Shown: in pieces, positions 1 through 8,932 of the stretch
Position numbering within the stretch: the first letter of the stretch is position 1
Layout of the letters: each line of letters begins with the position of its first letter
Virus record (IMG/VR): IMGVR_UViG_3300017991_000227
Span: 1-37,446 of that record
Strand: one strand, 5' to 3'
DNA: 37,446 bases
Source of the DNA: a virus
Taxonomy: Duplodnaviria; Caudoviricetes
Translations under genes and position numbers: made by a program
The notes under the pieces: model-generated
The model's input: the letters and a program-made list of their open reading frames with translations, nothing else
What the model was told of the DNA's origin: nothing
The model's database searches: none

Positions 1-77
1 GACGGCCACGAAACGATGCCTTGACGGGTGAGTTCGTGAACCATTCCTCGAATGTGTGCGCGTTTAAAGAGTCCCAT
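1..77 (-). CDS. N-terminus of a hypothetical (probable virion) protein that runs off the left edge of the window
   Basis: ATG at 77 overlaps the upstream TAA (TAATG) and follows AAGGAG. It reads MGLFKRAHIRGMVHELTRQGIVSWP, open to the window edge, and carries the G-x3-[AE]-L-x3-G motif shared with its neighbours. Confidence 0.65.
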   Translation of the reverse strand, partial: MGLFKRAHIRGMVHELTRQGIVSWP

Positions 78-388
78 TATTTTACTCCTTCATTGACCGT
101 TCTACGAATGGTCGACGTTTCAGCCAGCTTAACCTGCAACATTTGCTTAGCGGCGGCAACAGCGGCGTCCTTCTCGATGCCCGCGTTAACTAAGGCCACA
201 CTGGCACCTTCGATGTACGCGTCGTACTCCGCGTGCTTTTCCGATTCCTGCGCCTGCGGCGGTTCCATCTGCTCTTCCGTGAGCCGAATGGCCAACTCTG
301 CAGCGGCTTCTTTTTCGAAACCGGCTTCACCCAAAGCGACGCCGACACCGTAGATGTAGGCTTTCTTGATTAAATCTTCACGCGACAT
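77..388 (-). CDS. Small hypothetical protein with internal duplication, probable virion/head-associated
   Basis: ATG at 388 (MSREDL) is preceded by AGGAG, which is better supported than the ORF-track start at 421. Two copies: AYIYGVGVALGEAGFEKEAA and AYIEGASVALVNAGIEKDAA. Confidence 0.75.
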   Translation of the reverse strand: MSREDLIKKAYIYGVGVALGEAGFEKEAAAELAIRLTEEQMEPPQAQESEKHAEYDAYIEGASVALVNAGIEKDAAVAAAKQMLQVKLAETSTIRRTVNEGVK

Positions 389-495
389 GCGCTTACTCCT
401 TGTCTGAATCGTCAGTAACACGCTCTGAACATATCACACGCAAGTATATGGCGCTTTTACAGGAGACCCAAGAGCTATTTTCCCAATTTGGCAAC

Positions 496-1113
496 TTAAC
501 CCCCTACAGGCAATTGCGACAACATCCCCAAAGTCCTCCCCGTCCTCGCCGGAGTTACAAATCTCGATGCGGAACGTCCGTAGTAGGGCTCAAGGTGTTC
601 GGGGAGCGGCGGCGGAGCGGGCTTAGGTGTAGCTAGTCCCGCGCGTTCAGCTAGTCCGCCCAGTGTACCCCCGACGGCACCCCCGACACTTCTACCTGCT
701 ATGTCTGCACCGATAGACCCCACCATCCCCAACGGGCGCCACGTAGCGAGACCAAGAGCAGCACCTCCCAGAGATGCACCGACTCTCTTCGCCTTATCCG
801 GGTCTTTGTCCAGAAGAATGGACCCTGCTTCATACGCCGGTAATCCGTAAAAAAAGGCCTTGCTTAACATGTCCGGGGCGTCCAGGCTTTCTCGAATAAG
901 GCTGCCCTTACGTAGAGCACGCCCACTCATGAGCTCCCGTCCAAATCGTCTCGGAGACCCTATCGCCATCTCTGCGATACTGTGCGCTTTCGACCCGAGC
1001 CATTTCCCGACACGTTTCATCAATGGTGCTTTATAGAAAAGCGGAGTCGCTGCCGACTTAACAAGTCCCAGTTCCTCAAATGCAGCGCGTCTACCTATGT
1101 CCTGTGGCGTCAT
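496..1113 (-). CDS. Hypothetical Gly/Ala-rich protein with glycine-zipper-like hydrophobic C-terminal half
   Basis: 205-aa ORF starting 1 nt after the beta'-C stop. GASLGGAALGLA and GGAVGGTLGGLA segments; N-terminal shared motif GRRAAFEELGLVKSAA. Confidence 0.7.
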   Translation of the reverse strand: MTPQDIGRRAAFEELGLVKSAATPLFYKAPLMKRVGKWLGSKAHSIAEMAIGSPRRFGRELMSGRALRKGSLIRESLDAPDMLSKAFFYGLPAYEAGSILLDKDPDKAKRVGASLGGAALGLATWRPLGMVGSIGADIAGRSVGGAVGGTLGGLAERAGLATPKPAPPPLPEHLEPYYGRSASRFVTPARTGRTLGMLSQLPVGG

Positions 1114-1114
1114 T

Positions 1115-2914
1115 TCAATATCTTCCGCTCTCGCCTTTCCCGAATTCTACGCCAAAAGCGTAAGCAGGAACAGGGTGTGTCCCATGAATCCGAGACTCTT
1201 CGCCTGTATGTGCCGCGCGCAAAACAGACGGCTTCAAGCCCTGGTGCGCCATTCGGGCCATCCAATCCGGATGCATCTTCGGAATTCCGGTGAGGGGCTT
1301 CATGACAAACTCCACGGTCGGGGCCCTCGGAGAAATCATCACGTCCTTCACGCGCTGCTTCCGTAAAAACTTAGTGACGGATGGCGTGATTCGCGTACCG
1401 GCAGCGTAATGGTAGTACTCTTTACCTAGTGTCTCCCCGATAGCGTCTTTCAAAGGAATCTGTTTTACGCGTCTTCCGAGGTCCGTACGCAGGGTGTTGT
1501 ATCCGACCACATCGCCCTTTATAAAGGTATTCGACGGGTCCTCTAATATACGTACGTGGTTCATATTGCTCTTTGCAAGCAACTCAAAGTGACGCGAATC
1601 TAGGTTTTTGCCCTGCCCTTCGTAGAGCTTTTTGAGGGTGTTTACCATGTAAATACGGCCGGCGCCTAACCCTTTGTGTTTGACTACCTCGTCAGGCTTT
1701 GGGATACCCTCGCTAAGGATGTCTCCGGCCTCTACGGTATCGCCCCGCTTTATTTTGAGCCCCAAATTCGGAGCAACATAGTGCTTTTCCTTGTCCACAA
1801 AAATGAAGTTACCACCTTGAGGCGCGGTCTCTATCTTTGTGACTTTACCGTCACGTTCTGCCAGTGTCGCTTTGTTCACGAACTGCCGAGGTGTTTCGGT
1901 TATCTGTCGTAGGCCCGCAATACCGTGAACTTGGAATTTATCGGTCTGTAGCGTTCGTCCACCGTGCTTCGCATCCAACGCGAACTGTGTCAGCGGTTCC
2001 GCCATAGCTTGAGCCGCGCGCACCCCAACGTTTATTCCCACAGGGTGGTCTTGTCCTCGCTCATCCAGACCCTGACACTTACGGCAAACACCATCCGCCG
2101 CCTCACATGTCATCGGAGACCGCATGACAATCTTCTTATGCGCTCGGGCAATCTTGGATTGATTCACGGGAGTCACTAGTGTGTTCCGGCGTACGTGGCC
2201 CACGTCTTTCGCCACATAGCGGTCCACGGTATCGGGACTCGTTGCAGTCATGAGCATGCCGTTATGGGTGCCACAATCATCTTCTGTGATAACCAAGTCC
2301 GACATGCTGTTAATCATCTTCTTGGAGAGCTCACCAGGCTCCGAGATAGCGGTAAACGTCTTGATGACGTCCATCATGGATTGGTTCGTTGTAGCCCAGT
2401 AATCAGCCGCCGATAATCCCTCTGCATAGGACTTCGTAATGAGCCAGGGATAAGCACCGCCCTTAGGGTCCCGGGCATACCCGACACCACCCACCGTATT
2501 GGTGTACTGCGTAGGGTTGCCCCGAGCACCACTTTTAACTTGTAAGGTCATCGCTCCAGGATGGCGCATAGCGAGGTCCGTCAGGCGAGTTTGCATCTGC
2601 ACCGCCAGGTCACTCTTCTTCTTGTCCGACGTTGTAGCTCTAAACTGGCGCTGCAAAGGCGCAACAATCTTGTTGCGCTCGGTATACCGAGGCTCAATAT
2701 CGTCCAGTCCGACGGATAGCCCTTCCGTAGTGGCTAACTCATCGCCCTTGCGTTTGAGCTTCGTTATTGTATCAACGTAGACACTGGGGGCCTCACGCGC
2801 CAGAGAGTTCATCAAACCTTTGAGCTCTTTCTTGGAGACGGCGCCCTTCACTTTGTAGCCGGTAGGCAACTGCTGATTTAGAAGGTAACGGCCAAACGTG
2901 GTAGTTTCAGCCAT
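1115..2914 (-). CDS. rpoC: DNA-directed RNA polymerase beta' subunit, C-terminal half
   Basis: SGARG, bridge-helix region (GELSKKM), EDDCGT, Zn site RSPMTCEAADGVCRKC, trigger loop AAQAMAEPLTQFALDAKHGG, RHFE. Start moved to ATG 2914 (TGATG overlap with upstream stop, AGGAG SD). Confidence 0.9.
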   Translation of the reverse strand: MAETTTFGRYLLNQQLPTGYKVKGAVSKKELKGLMNSLAREAPSVYVDTITKLKRKGDELATTEGLSVGLDDIEPRYTERNKIVAPLQRQFRATTSDKKKSDLAVQMQTRLTDLAMRHPGAMTLQVKSGARGNPTQYTNTVGGVGYARDPKGGAYPWLITKSYAEGLSAADYWATTNQSMMDVIKTFTAISEPGELSKKMINSMSDLVITEDDCGTHNGMLMTATSPDTVDRYVAKDVGHVRRNTLVTPVNQSKIARAHKKIVMRSPMTCEAADGVCRKCQGLDERGQDHPVGINVGVRAAQAMAEPLTQFALDAKHGGRTLQTDKFQVHGIAGLRQITETPRQFVNKATLAERDGKVTKIETAPQGGNFIFVDKEKHYVAPNLGLKIKRGDTVEAGDILSEGIPKPDEVVKHKGLGAGRIYMVNTLKKLYEGQGKNLDSRHFELLAKSNMNHVRILEDPSNTFIKGDVVGYNTLRTDLGRRVKQIPLKDAIGETLGKEYYHYAAGTRITPSVTKFLRKQRVKDVMISPRAPTVEFVMKPLTGIPKMHPDWMARMAHQGLKPSVLRAAHTGEESRIHGTHPVPAYAFGVEFGKGESGRY

Positions 2915-4350
2915 CAAAAAGCTCCTGGCATAGGGGTAGTCGCACCTGTCATAAAATGGCTCGGAATATCCCGGGGACTGTCCCACGTCGTTTCGCGGTT
3001 CAGCTTGGAGTCTGTTGTCAGCGCGTTGTCGTTCCGGGGATTCGCCTGAACAGGTGTATCCATCTTGGCCAGGATGCTGGCCAACTCTCCTGCCGGCAAC
3101 TCCTCATCGTTCACTTCTAGTGGCTGCTGGGCTTCAGTAGGGGATGGGTCCGTCATAACCGTTTTCGCTAAGCCCAACTTCTCCAAGGCAGAACAGTAAC
3201 CCAAGTTACGTAGAGGATGCATCGTGCTCCCTTTCTTCAACAACCACTTATTATCTTTCGTCCGAAACAACGTCAACATCTCTGATGTGTCAGTTCGTTC
3301 GAACTTAAGTTTGTCCTTACTAGATTGTACTACATTAACAGGTGCCTGATGTTTAATTTTAACTGTCCCCGCACCGTACCCCTCTTGTATCTTCTGCGGC
3401 TTATCTTTACCGAAATTCAGCGCATAGTTCGAAGTATGCGTCGGAGTCTGTATTGCTAGAACCGGTCGCGTTCCAGGGAACTGCGCCTTAGGGACCGCCC
3501 AAGAATGGGCAAATCCGGTATGGGGGTCCACAAGCCGAAAATCCCAATGCTTACCGGCTCGCTGCGCCTCGTGTTCCTGGACAGACATTGTCCATTTAGG
3601 CTCTTTGGCCTTGTCTGGGAGGGGGTGAATACGTTTTGACTTCGGTATCCCTGGCGCGCCTTCTGACTGACCCAGGATATGCCTCACCGATGTTGTCTCA
3701 GGGTCGAAATGAAAAAGTTCTTCTCGGCTCAACGGCACCGAAACACGCCCTGTCTCCGCGTTAATCGAGTGTAGTGCCCGAATCGACCCTTTGTCGTGCA
3801 GTGTCGAAGTGTCTAACCGCACTTGATTCTTTTTAGGGGGTTTGAACACCACCCCCTTTTGCCGTAGTTCCTGCTTCAGCCTTCTGTTGAGCATTTTACG
3901 AACAGCATTCGTGTACCGCTCACGGTCCAGCATGCCACGAACGTAGAATCCACGGCCTCCTGAATACGCAATTTGCACATCCCTCACTGCGGGCATCTTC
4001 TCGACTACATCTGCAACGTCTGAAACGAGAGGTTTCAAATCCTCCGTAGATTTTTGCGAGCCCGGGTCGATATCGACCCAGAGCTGATTCGTTTTCTTCC
4101 CGATAACGGGATGGAATTCAGAGTAACGTCTATCCGTGTAGTACGCTAAGTCCTTCCGTGAATCGGCATCTTGCTTAGCCTGTGTGATGTGTATCGGTTT
4201 TCCTGGTGCTTCAAATCTTCGCGCGATTATGGCTCCTTTAGGGGGAGATATAAACGTGAGCACTGGTCGATTTCTCACCTGCTGGAGAATAGCGTCTCGA
4301 ACCTTGGAGTCTGAGTAGTACTCAGATATATCGTGCTTGGATAACGGCAC
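2914..4350 (-). CDS. LigD-like protein: AEP primase/polymerase domain + 3'-phosphoesterase domain + C-terminal acidic tail; no ligase domain
   Basis: AEP motifs WVDIDP, YSGGRGFYV, LDTSTLHDKGSIRALHS. PE motifs QEHEAQRAGKHWDFRL, SWAVPK, GYGAGTV. GTG start overlaps the RNAP TAG (TAGTG). Confidence 0.8.
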   Translation of the reverse strand: MPLSKHDISEYYSDSKVRDAILQQVRNRPVLTFISPPKGAIIARRFEAPGKPIHITQAKQDADSRKDLAYYTDRRYSEFHPVIGKKTNQLWVDIDPGSQKSTEDLKPLVSDVADVVEKMPAVRDVQIAYSGGRGFYVRGMLDRERYTNAVRKMLNRRLKQELRQKGVVFKPPKKNQVRLDTSTLHDKGSIRALHSINAETGRVSVPLSREELFHFDPETTSVRHILGQSEGAPGIPKSKRIHPLPDKAKEPKWTMSVQEHEAQRAGKHWDFRLVDPHTGFAHSWAVPKAQFPGTRPVLAIQTPTHTSNYALNFGKDKPQKIQEGYGAGTVKIKHQAPVNVVQSSKDKLKFERTDTSEMLTLFRTKDNKWLLKKGSTMHPLRNLGYCSALEKLGLAKTVMTDPSPTEAQQPLEVNDEELPAGELASILAKMDTPVQANPRNDNALTTDSKLNRETTWDSPRDIPSHFMTGATTPMPGAF

Positions 4351-7300
4351 TACTTCCCTATTTGCACACGAGTCCCTAGGCCAATCTTTCCAGCCTTGTA
4401 TGCTTTCATAGCGTCCCCCTCCGTCTTGAAGACTTTGGGGGTATTGCGTTTATCCGATTGAGAGGCGTGCGCTACACCCATAATAGCTTCATGTTGTGGG
4501 AAAACAAGGAGGTCTTTTTTAGACTTATCGCTGTACAGCATGTTCGAGAGAGTGAGTCCTCGCGCCTCCTCCACCGCTTTGATGCCCGATGGGACATGCA
4601 CCATCATCGTATCGCCGTCGTAGTCCGCATTCATCCCCTCTTCCACGAATGGATTCACCCGGATGGTTTTGCCCGGAACAACCTTTGGGTACGCTGCAAC
4701 CATATTGTAACGATGGAGCGTAGGCGCTCGATTGATAAGCACAGGCCGACTCGTTGTTTCATTCATGAGAATTTCCCGCGCTGCAGGGTGCTTCTCCTTA
4801 ACCATCTCATTCGCTGAGAGTGCCGTATGGCCGTTCTGCACGAGGCGTTTCACGAGGTGTTTGTCGTACATGGACCACAGCATATCCTCGGGGATACCTA
4901 CTTCGTCCATCCCCAGCGTGCTATCAGGAATGATGGTTCCACGCCCCGCCATATCCTGAGACCGCTTCATGATTTTGGAATGGAAATACCCAGTCTTCGG
5001 GGTGTTGGTTCCAGAGATATATGTCAAGAATCCCTTATGCCCTCGGGCCTTGGACTTAGCGGTAACAGGGTCATTCACACCGTACACAGCACCAACGGCC
5101 TGGTTCAGAGTAGGGCGTAATCGCTTCTCTTCCTCTGGAATCAACTTGGACTTCTTCACATCTTTCATCTGGTTGTTCACGTAGACCAAGTCGCGGTAAA
5201 GCGGGTTGATGTCTCCGTAAATGATTTCCTGCCCACCCCTACCTGGTAGAACTGGACGAAAAACAGGAGGCAGAATAGGTACCTTAGATACCACGTATGC
5301 TTTGTCAGGCGTGAGACCCTGTTTTTTGAGCGCACGAATGTACTTCACCTGTTTAACATCGTTGTCAAGATTGGCCGCCGTGCGACCCTTCATCCGCTTC
5401 AAAAGGTCTTTCTCTTTTCGGTCCAAATCGATTTTGGCCAACTGACTCTTGATATACCGCCCCCCTTTTTCTGTAAGCGCGTCGTCCAACTGGGGGTTGG
5501 TCATATTCAGGAGGCGCCTAACCGGTTCACGAAACGTCGGGTTCACGATAGGCTCGGCCAACGTCACATGAGACCACTTCGTCCCCGTCAAACCACCGGT
5601 AATCGCGGGGTCAAATAGGCCACCACGCTCCGGCTGAAGCCCTTTTGCCTTAATCAGTTTGGCATCGCGCACTTCACCGGACGACATTTTTTTCACATCA
5701 TCGTCAGTCAGCGGCGCTAGAGACAGCCGGTTGTTATCGCGATGTACTTTGGTGCCGGCACCGGTCAGCATGTTCAAAAACTTGTCATATGCGAAGGTCG
5801 TTTTCGGGGGCGGCGTAGGGTAACCTAGCTGAACCGCTCGCCAGTACTCGTCATTCTTCTGGCTCTTGATTGTGGACGCCTCTCGCAGAATGTTCCGGGC
5901 ATTGTGGGCTACCAACGCGTCGAACTCCATCTTGCCCAGCGCTTTTGCACTCTGAACGCCGCCCTTGGTAGGTTGCTGATTTACATCGTAATTACCTAAA
6001 CCACGAGCACTGTAGTTCGTGTCGGTGGACTTCATCAGCTTCAAGATATACTGGCGGCCAACGAACACTTTAGGAATCTGCTTCCCGGAAATGGGGTCAT
6101 AGACTGTTTCTTTATCTTTGAGTTTGTGCTTCTTGAGTAGCTCTTTGGCCCACTTCACATTGTTGCGGCCGGATAGATTGGGGACCAAAATAGGCTTCTT
6201 GGTTTTTTCAGCCACTTTCCCGACAGCTGTCTCAATAATCTGCGAGGGATTTACACGCGAAACGACCCCTGCAGACGTCATTATCACGTCGATGGGCTTA
6301 CCGGATTCGTCCTGAATCATCTGGTCATCAGGGACGATTCGGGAAACGACGCCCTTATTCCCATAGCGTCCCGCCAGCTTATCTCCGAGGCCCATCGGCT
6401 CCTTCGTTTTGATAGTTAGTGCAATCCGTTTAGGGGTCTTTACAACATCGACCACCTCGCCTTCATAGTCGTGGTCCCAAGTCTTGGCGTTTTCACGATA
6501 TGGACGAGCAAGTGATTTATGCAACCGGCCCAGTAGAATGTCGTCGGATGTCAGGGGTGCCTTTCGCAGCCCTAAAACTACAGGGTTACCCGGAAGAACT
6601 TTCTGGCCGGGCTTGAGAATGCCCTCGGAGTCCAGCGTGTCGTAGTCCTTCTTGGTGTAGTTCTGGCCAAAATAAACGTTGTGGCGTTTCTTATTGAAGG
6701 TCAGGTCCGCGTCTCGGGGTACCACCATAGTATACATACGCTCGGACGTGAGTTTATTGGCCGCACCCTCACTGATAACCACGGCGTCATTCGAGTTGGC
6801 GCCGTAGTACGGCATATAGGCTACACTGAGATTTTTGCCCAAGGCCAGAGTACCGTTCCGGGTAAAGTTTGATTCCGCCAACTGTTGTCCCTTACGTACA
6901 GAATCACCTTTCTTCACTTTTACATCGTGATGAAGCATCGTCTTCGCAGCCAGTGGGAAGTTCTGCTCATAAGGTATTTTCACATACGTCTTCGGCGCTG
7001 CGGTCTTCACTTTATCCGGCTTGAGATAAATGTAGTCTGCGTCCACCTTCGCAACAGTTCCACTGGCCGGAGCACTAGGGTTAATAAGACCCGCCATATG
7101 GTGTTCGAAGGACTTACCGTCGGGGGCCTCCACCTGAACGAGGGGCGCTTCTCGGTCTACCAGGGACAACGCCTGCACCTGCATCTTAGAGCCCATCACG
7201 GTACGGTTGCCCTGCATGGACTCGATAAAAGGTACCAAATTGGTTGTTGGGCTGTACATAAACGAGGGGTGTGGAATCTGGTACTGTACTCGCGATGCGG

Positions 7301-8705
7301 GGACCTGACGCAGAGAGCCGTCAACGAGAGCGTCCACGGTCCCAGACAACTTCTGACCCGGAAATGCAACCACCGATTCCTTCATCTCGCCGGCACGAAC
7401 AAACTTATTCCGGTTGGATTTAACATCCCGCACTGGGACATAAATGTTGCCCTTTTTATCCTTACGAACTTCCAATGCGGCGCGGATATCGACACCCGCA
7501 CGAAACGACTCAGGGGTCCTGAAGGGGTCCAGCGCACCTATCTGCGTTACGTGAACCTGTCGTGCCTCCATGGGAATTGCGCGGTCCGTCTTTATTCCAC
7601 CTTCCCCCAGAGAAGTCACACGCGTCGCGGAGTCCACGAGCTCCATAGGGTTCGTTTGGGTAGGAACTGCGACCAACTGGGACGTATTGATGAACTTGAT
7701 GAGCCCTGCGGTGAAGGGGCCTGAAGGAAGCGCTTTACGGAGCGATGGCGTACCCTCCATCTTAATGGCCGTCTTCCGAGCTATGTCCCGAGCATTCAAC
7801 GTAATGACCTCTTTGAAAAAGTCATCAGCGGAATTGAGAGCCTTGAAGTCCAGGTTATCCCGGTCATCGACAGCTTCCGGATTTTTAAAAATCTGCAGGA
7901 CCTTCCCCGATGCGTCTAAAAGACTATCCGGAGTGACGTTGGCGTAGGGGCGCCCTAATGTGCGCTTATTCACTTCGGGGTCCATCTGTGCGCTTGTGTA
8001 TCGACGGAAGACATCTGACACTTTTGCGTCCGTGGGGGCATCGGGTTTCTGGTAGTAGGTGGGAACTACTTTCTTATAGAGCTTGTCTACTGTTCTGTCT
8101 GTTTTCGGAAGAAGCTTTTCGGCATTCTTATCCGCGAGCTTCTTGCCCCACACGCGTGATATTTTATCATGACTCAGCCCGGCCTTTCTCAAAACAGGAT
8201 AAAGCGGAATCTTGCTCGCACCGTACTCCATTTGAGGCTCGCCCTTGGCAGGGTCCATACTCACGTTGAAGTTCGTGCCGCCCTTCAGGTTGAAGCTGGC
8301 TTCGAGAATCCCGTTTGCGCGCTTGCGTGCATAGACACCAGGTTTCGGTCGGACTTGGTTTGCAATAGAGTACTCATTACCCCCAACGATTACGGTATGT
8401 CGGGGTGTGTACCAGGGCACACGCGCCACGGTGAAGTTGGACACTTCGTCCAGAACCTTACCGTCCTTGTCTCGCATCCGGATGGTACCCTTTACAACCT
8501 CGGACAGCGTGTCTCCACGCAAAATGGCCGTCTTCTGGTCGTTCGACGAAAAATCTTTTTCCTGGATTTTGAGGTTCTTCAGCTCCAACGTCTTGTTTCG
8601 GGAACTGATAGGGAAGGACTCTCCAAGACCTTCCAGCACCTTCTGTCGTATCATTTTTCGGCGCTCATCGGCGCTCGTCATAATCGGGAATAGCTCTTCC
8701 GGCAT
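4350..8705 (-). CDS. rpoB-rpoC: DNA-directed RNA polymerase, beta subunit fused to the beta' N-terminal/catalytic half
   Basis: Beta motifs RTPESFRAG, GSKMQVQA, GDKLAGRYGNKGVVS, SRVNPSQ, LGKMEFDAL. Beta' motifs PERGGLFD, VPILPPVFRP, NRAPTLHR and catalytic NADYDGD (4611-4631). GGAGG SD upstream. Confidence 0.93.
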   Translation of the reverse strand: MPEELFPIMTSADERRKMIRQKVLEGLGESFPISSRNKTLELKNLKIQEKDFSSNDQKTAILRGDTLSEVVKGTIRMRDKDGKVLDEVSNFTVARVPWYTPRHTVIVGGNEYSIANQVRPKPGVYARKRANGILEASFNLKGGTNFNVSMDPAKGEPQMEYGASKIPLYPVLRKAGLSHDKISRVWGKKLADKNAEKLLPKTDRTVDKLYKKVVPTYYQKPDAPTDAKVSDVFRRYTSAQMDPEVNKRTLGRPYANVTPDSLLDASGKVLQIFKNPEAVDDRDNLDFKALNSADDFFKEVITLNARDIARKTAIKMEGTPSLRKALPSGPFTAGLIKFINTSQLVAVPTQTNPMELVDSATRVTSLGEGGIKTDRAIPMEARQVHVTQIGALDPFRTPESFRAGVDIRAALEVRKDKKGNIYVPVRDVKSNRNKFVRAGEMKESVVAFPGQKLSGTVDALVDGSLRQVPASRVQYQIPHPSFMYSPTTNLVPFIESMQGNRTVMGSKMQVQALSLVDREAPLVQVEAPDGKSFEHHMAGLINPSAPASGTVAKVDADYIYLKPDKVKTAAPKTYVKIPYEQNFPLAAKTMLHHDVKVKKGDSVRKGQQLAESNFTRNGTLALGKNLSVAYMPYYGANSNDAVVISEGAANKLTSERMYTMVVPRDADLTFNKKRHNVYFGQNYTKKDYDTLDSEGILKPGQKVLPGNPVVLGLRKAPLTSDDILLGRLHKSLARPYRENAKTWDHDYEGEVVDVVKTPKRIALTIKTKEPMGLGDKLAGRYGNKGVVSRIVPDDQMIQDESGKPIDVIMTSAGVVSRVNPSQIIETAVGKVAEKTKKPILVPNLSGRNNVKWAKELLKKHKLKDKETVYDPISGKQIPKVFVGRQYILKLMKSTDTNYSARGLGNYDVNQQPTKGGVQSAKALGKMEFDALVAHNARNILREASTIKSQKNDEYWRAVQLGYPTPPPKTTFAYDKFLNMLTGAGTKVHRDNNRLSLAPLTDDDVKKMSSGEVRDAKLIKAKGLQPERGGLFDPAITGGLTGTKWSHVTLAEPIVNPTFREPVRRLLNMTNPQLDDALTEKGGRYIKSQLAKIDLDRKEKDLLKRMKGRTAANLDNDVKQVKYIRALKKQGLTPDKAYVVSKVPILPPVFRPVLPGRGGQEIIYGDINPLYRDLVYVNNQMKDVKKSKLIPEEEKRLRPTLNQAVGAVYGVNDPVTAKSKARGHKGFLTYISGTNTPKTGYFHSKIMKRSQDMAGRGTIIPDSTLGMDEVGIPEDMLWSMYDKHLVKRLVQNGHTALSANEMVKEKHPAAREILMNETTSRPVLINRAPTLHRYNMVAAYPKVVPGKTIRVNPFVEEGMNADYDGDTMMVHVPSGIKAVEEARGLTLSNMLYSDKSKKDLLVFPQHEAIMGVAHASQSDKRNTPKVFKTEGDAMKAYKAGKIGLGTRVQIGK

Positions 8706-8729
8706 CTTAATACCCTCCAGCCATGTCTC

Positions 8730-8736
8730 AAGTATA
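8730..8736 (-). promoter_or_regulatory. Putative -10-like promoter element TATACTT upstream of the RNAP gene
   Basis: The same heptamer recurs at 442-448 and 32080-32086 upstream of other minus-strand genes. Confidence 0.4.
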
Positions 8737-8830
8737 CGTTAGGACTATACAATATGTAAGGACTCTCTTGGTATAAGAATGTGGAGAATGTGGGTTTTTC
8801 ATCATTCTTACAACACCGAGAGGAGGTACT

Positions 8831-8890
8831 ATGCGGATACGAAATTTAGGGTTGTTCAAGCCGGGCAAGGTACGGTGCGGTAGGAGATGA
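8831..8890 (+). CDS. 19-aa basic peptide MRIRNLGLFKPGKVRCGRR (small ORF)
   Basis: Strong SD GAGAGGAGGT just upstream, extended -10-like TGGTATAAG at 8769-8777, and a terminator immediately downstream. Confidence 0.45.
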   Translation: MRIRNLGLFKPGKVRCGRR

Positions 8891-8897
8891 CCCGCCC

Positions 8898-8932
8898 AGC
8901 CTCCTCTCTTTTCGAGGGGAGGCTATTTTTTT
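8898..8932 (+). terminator. Rho-independent terminator
   Basis: 11-bp stem AGCCTCCTCTC/GAGGGGAGGCT (one U-G on +), followed by ATTTTTTT. Confidence 0.8.

Noticed and set aside
2914-4350. Intron or intein interrupting beta'
   Set aside because: There is no non-coding flank for a ribozyme and no intein or homing-endonuclease motif. Both RNAP genes have their own SD, start and stop.
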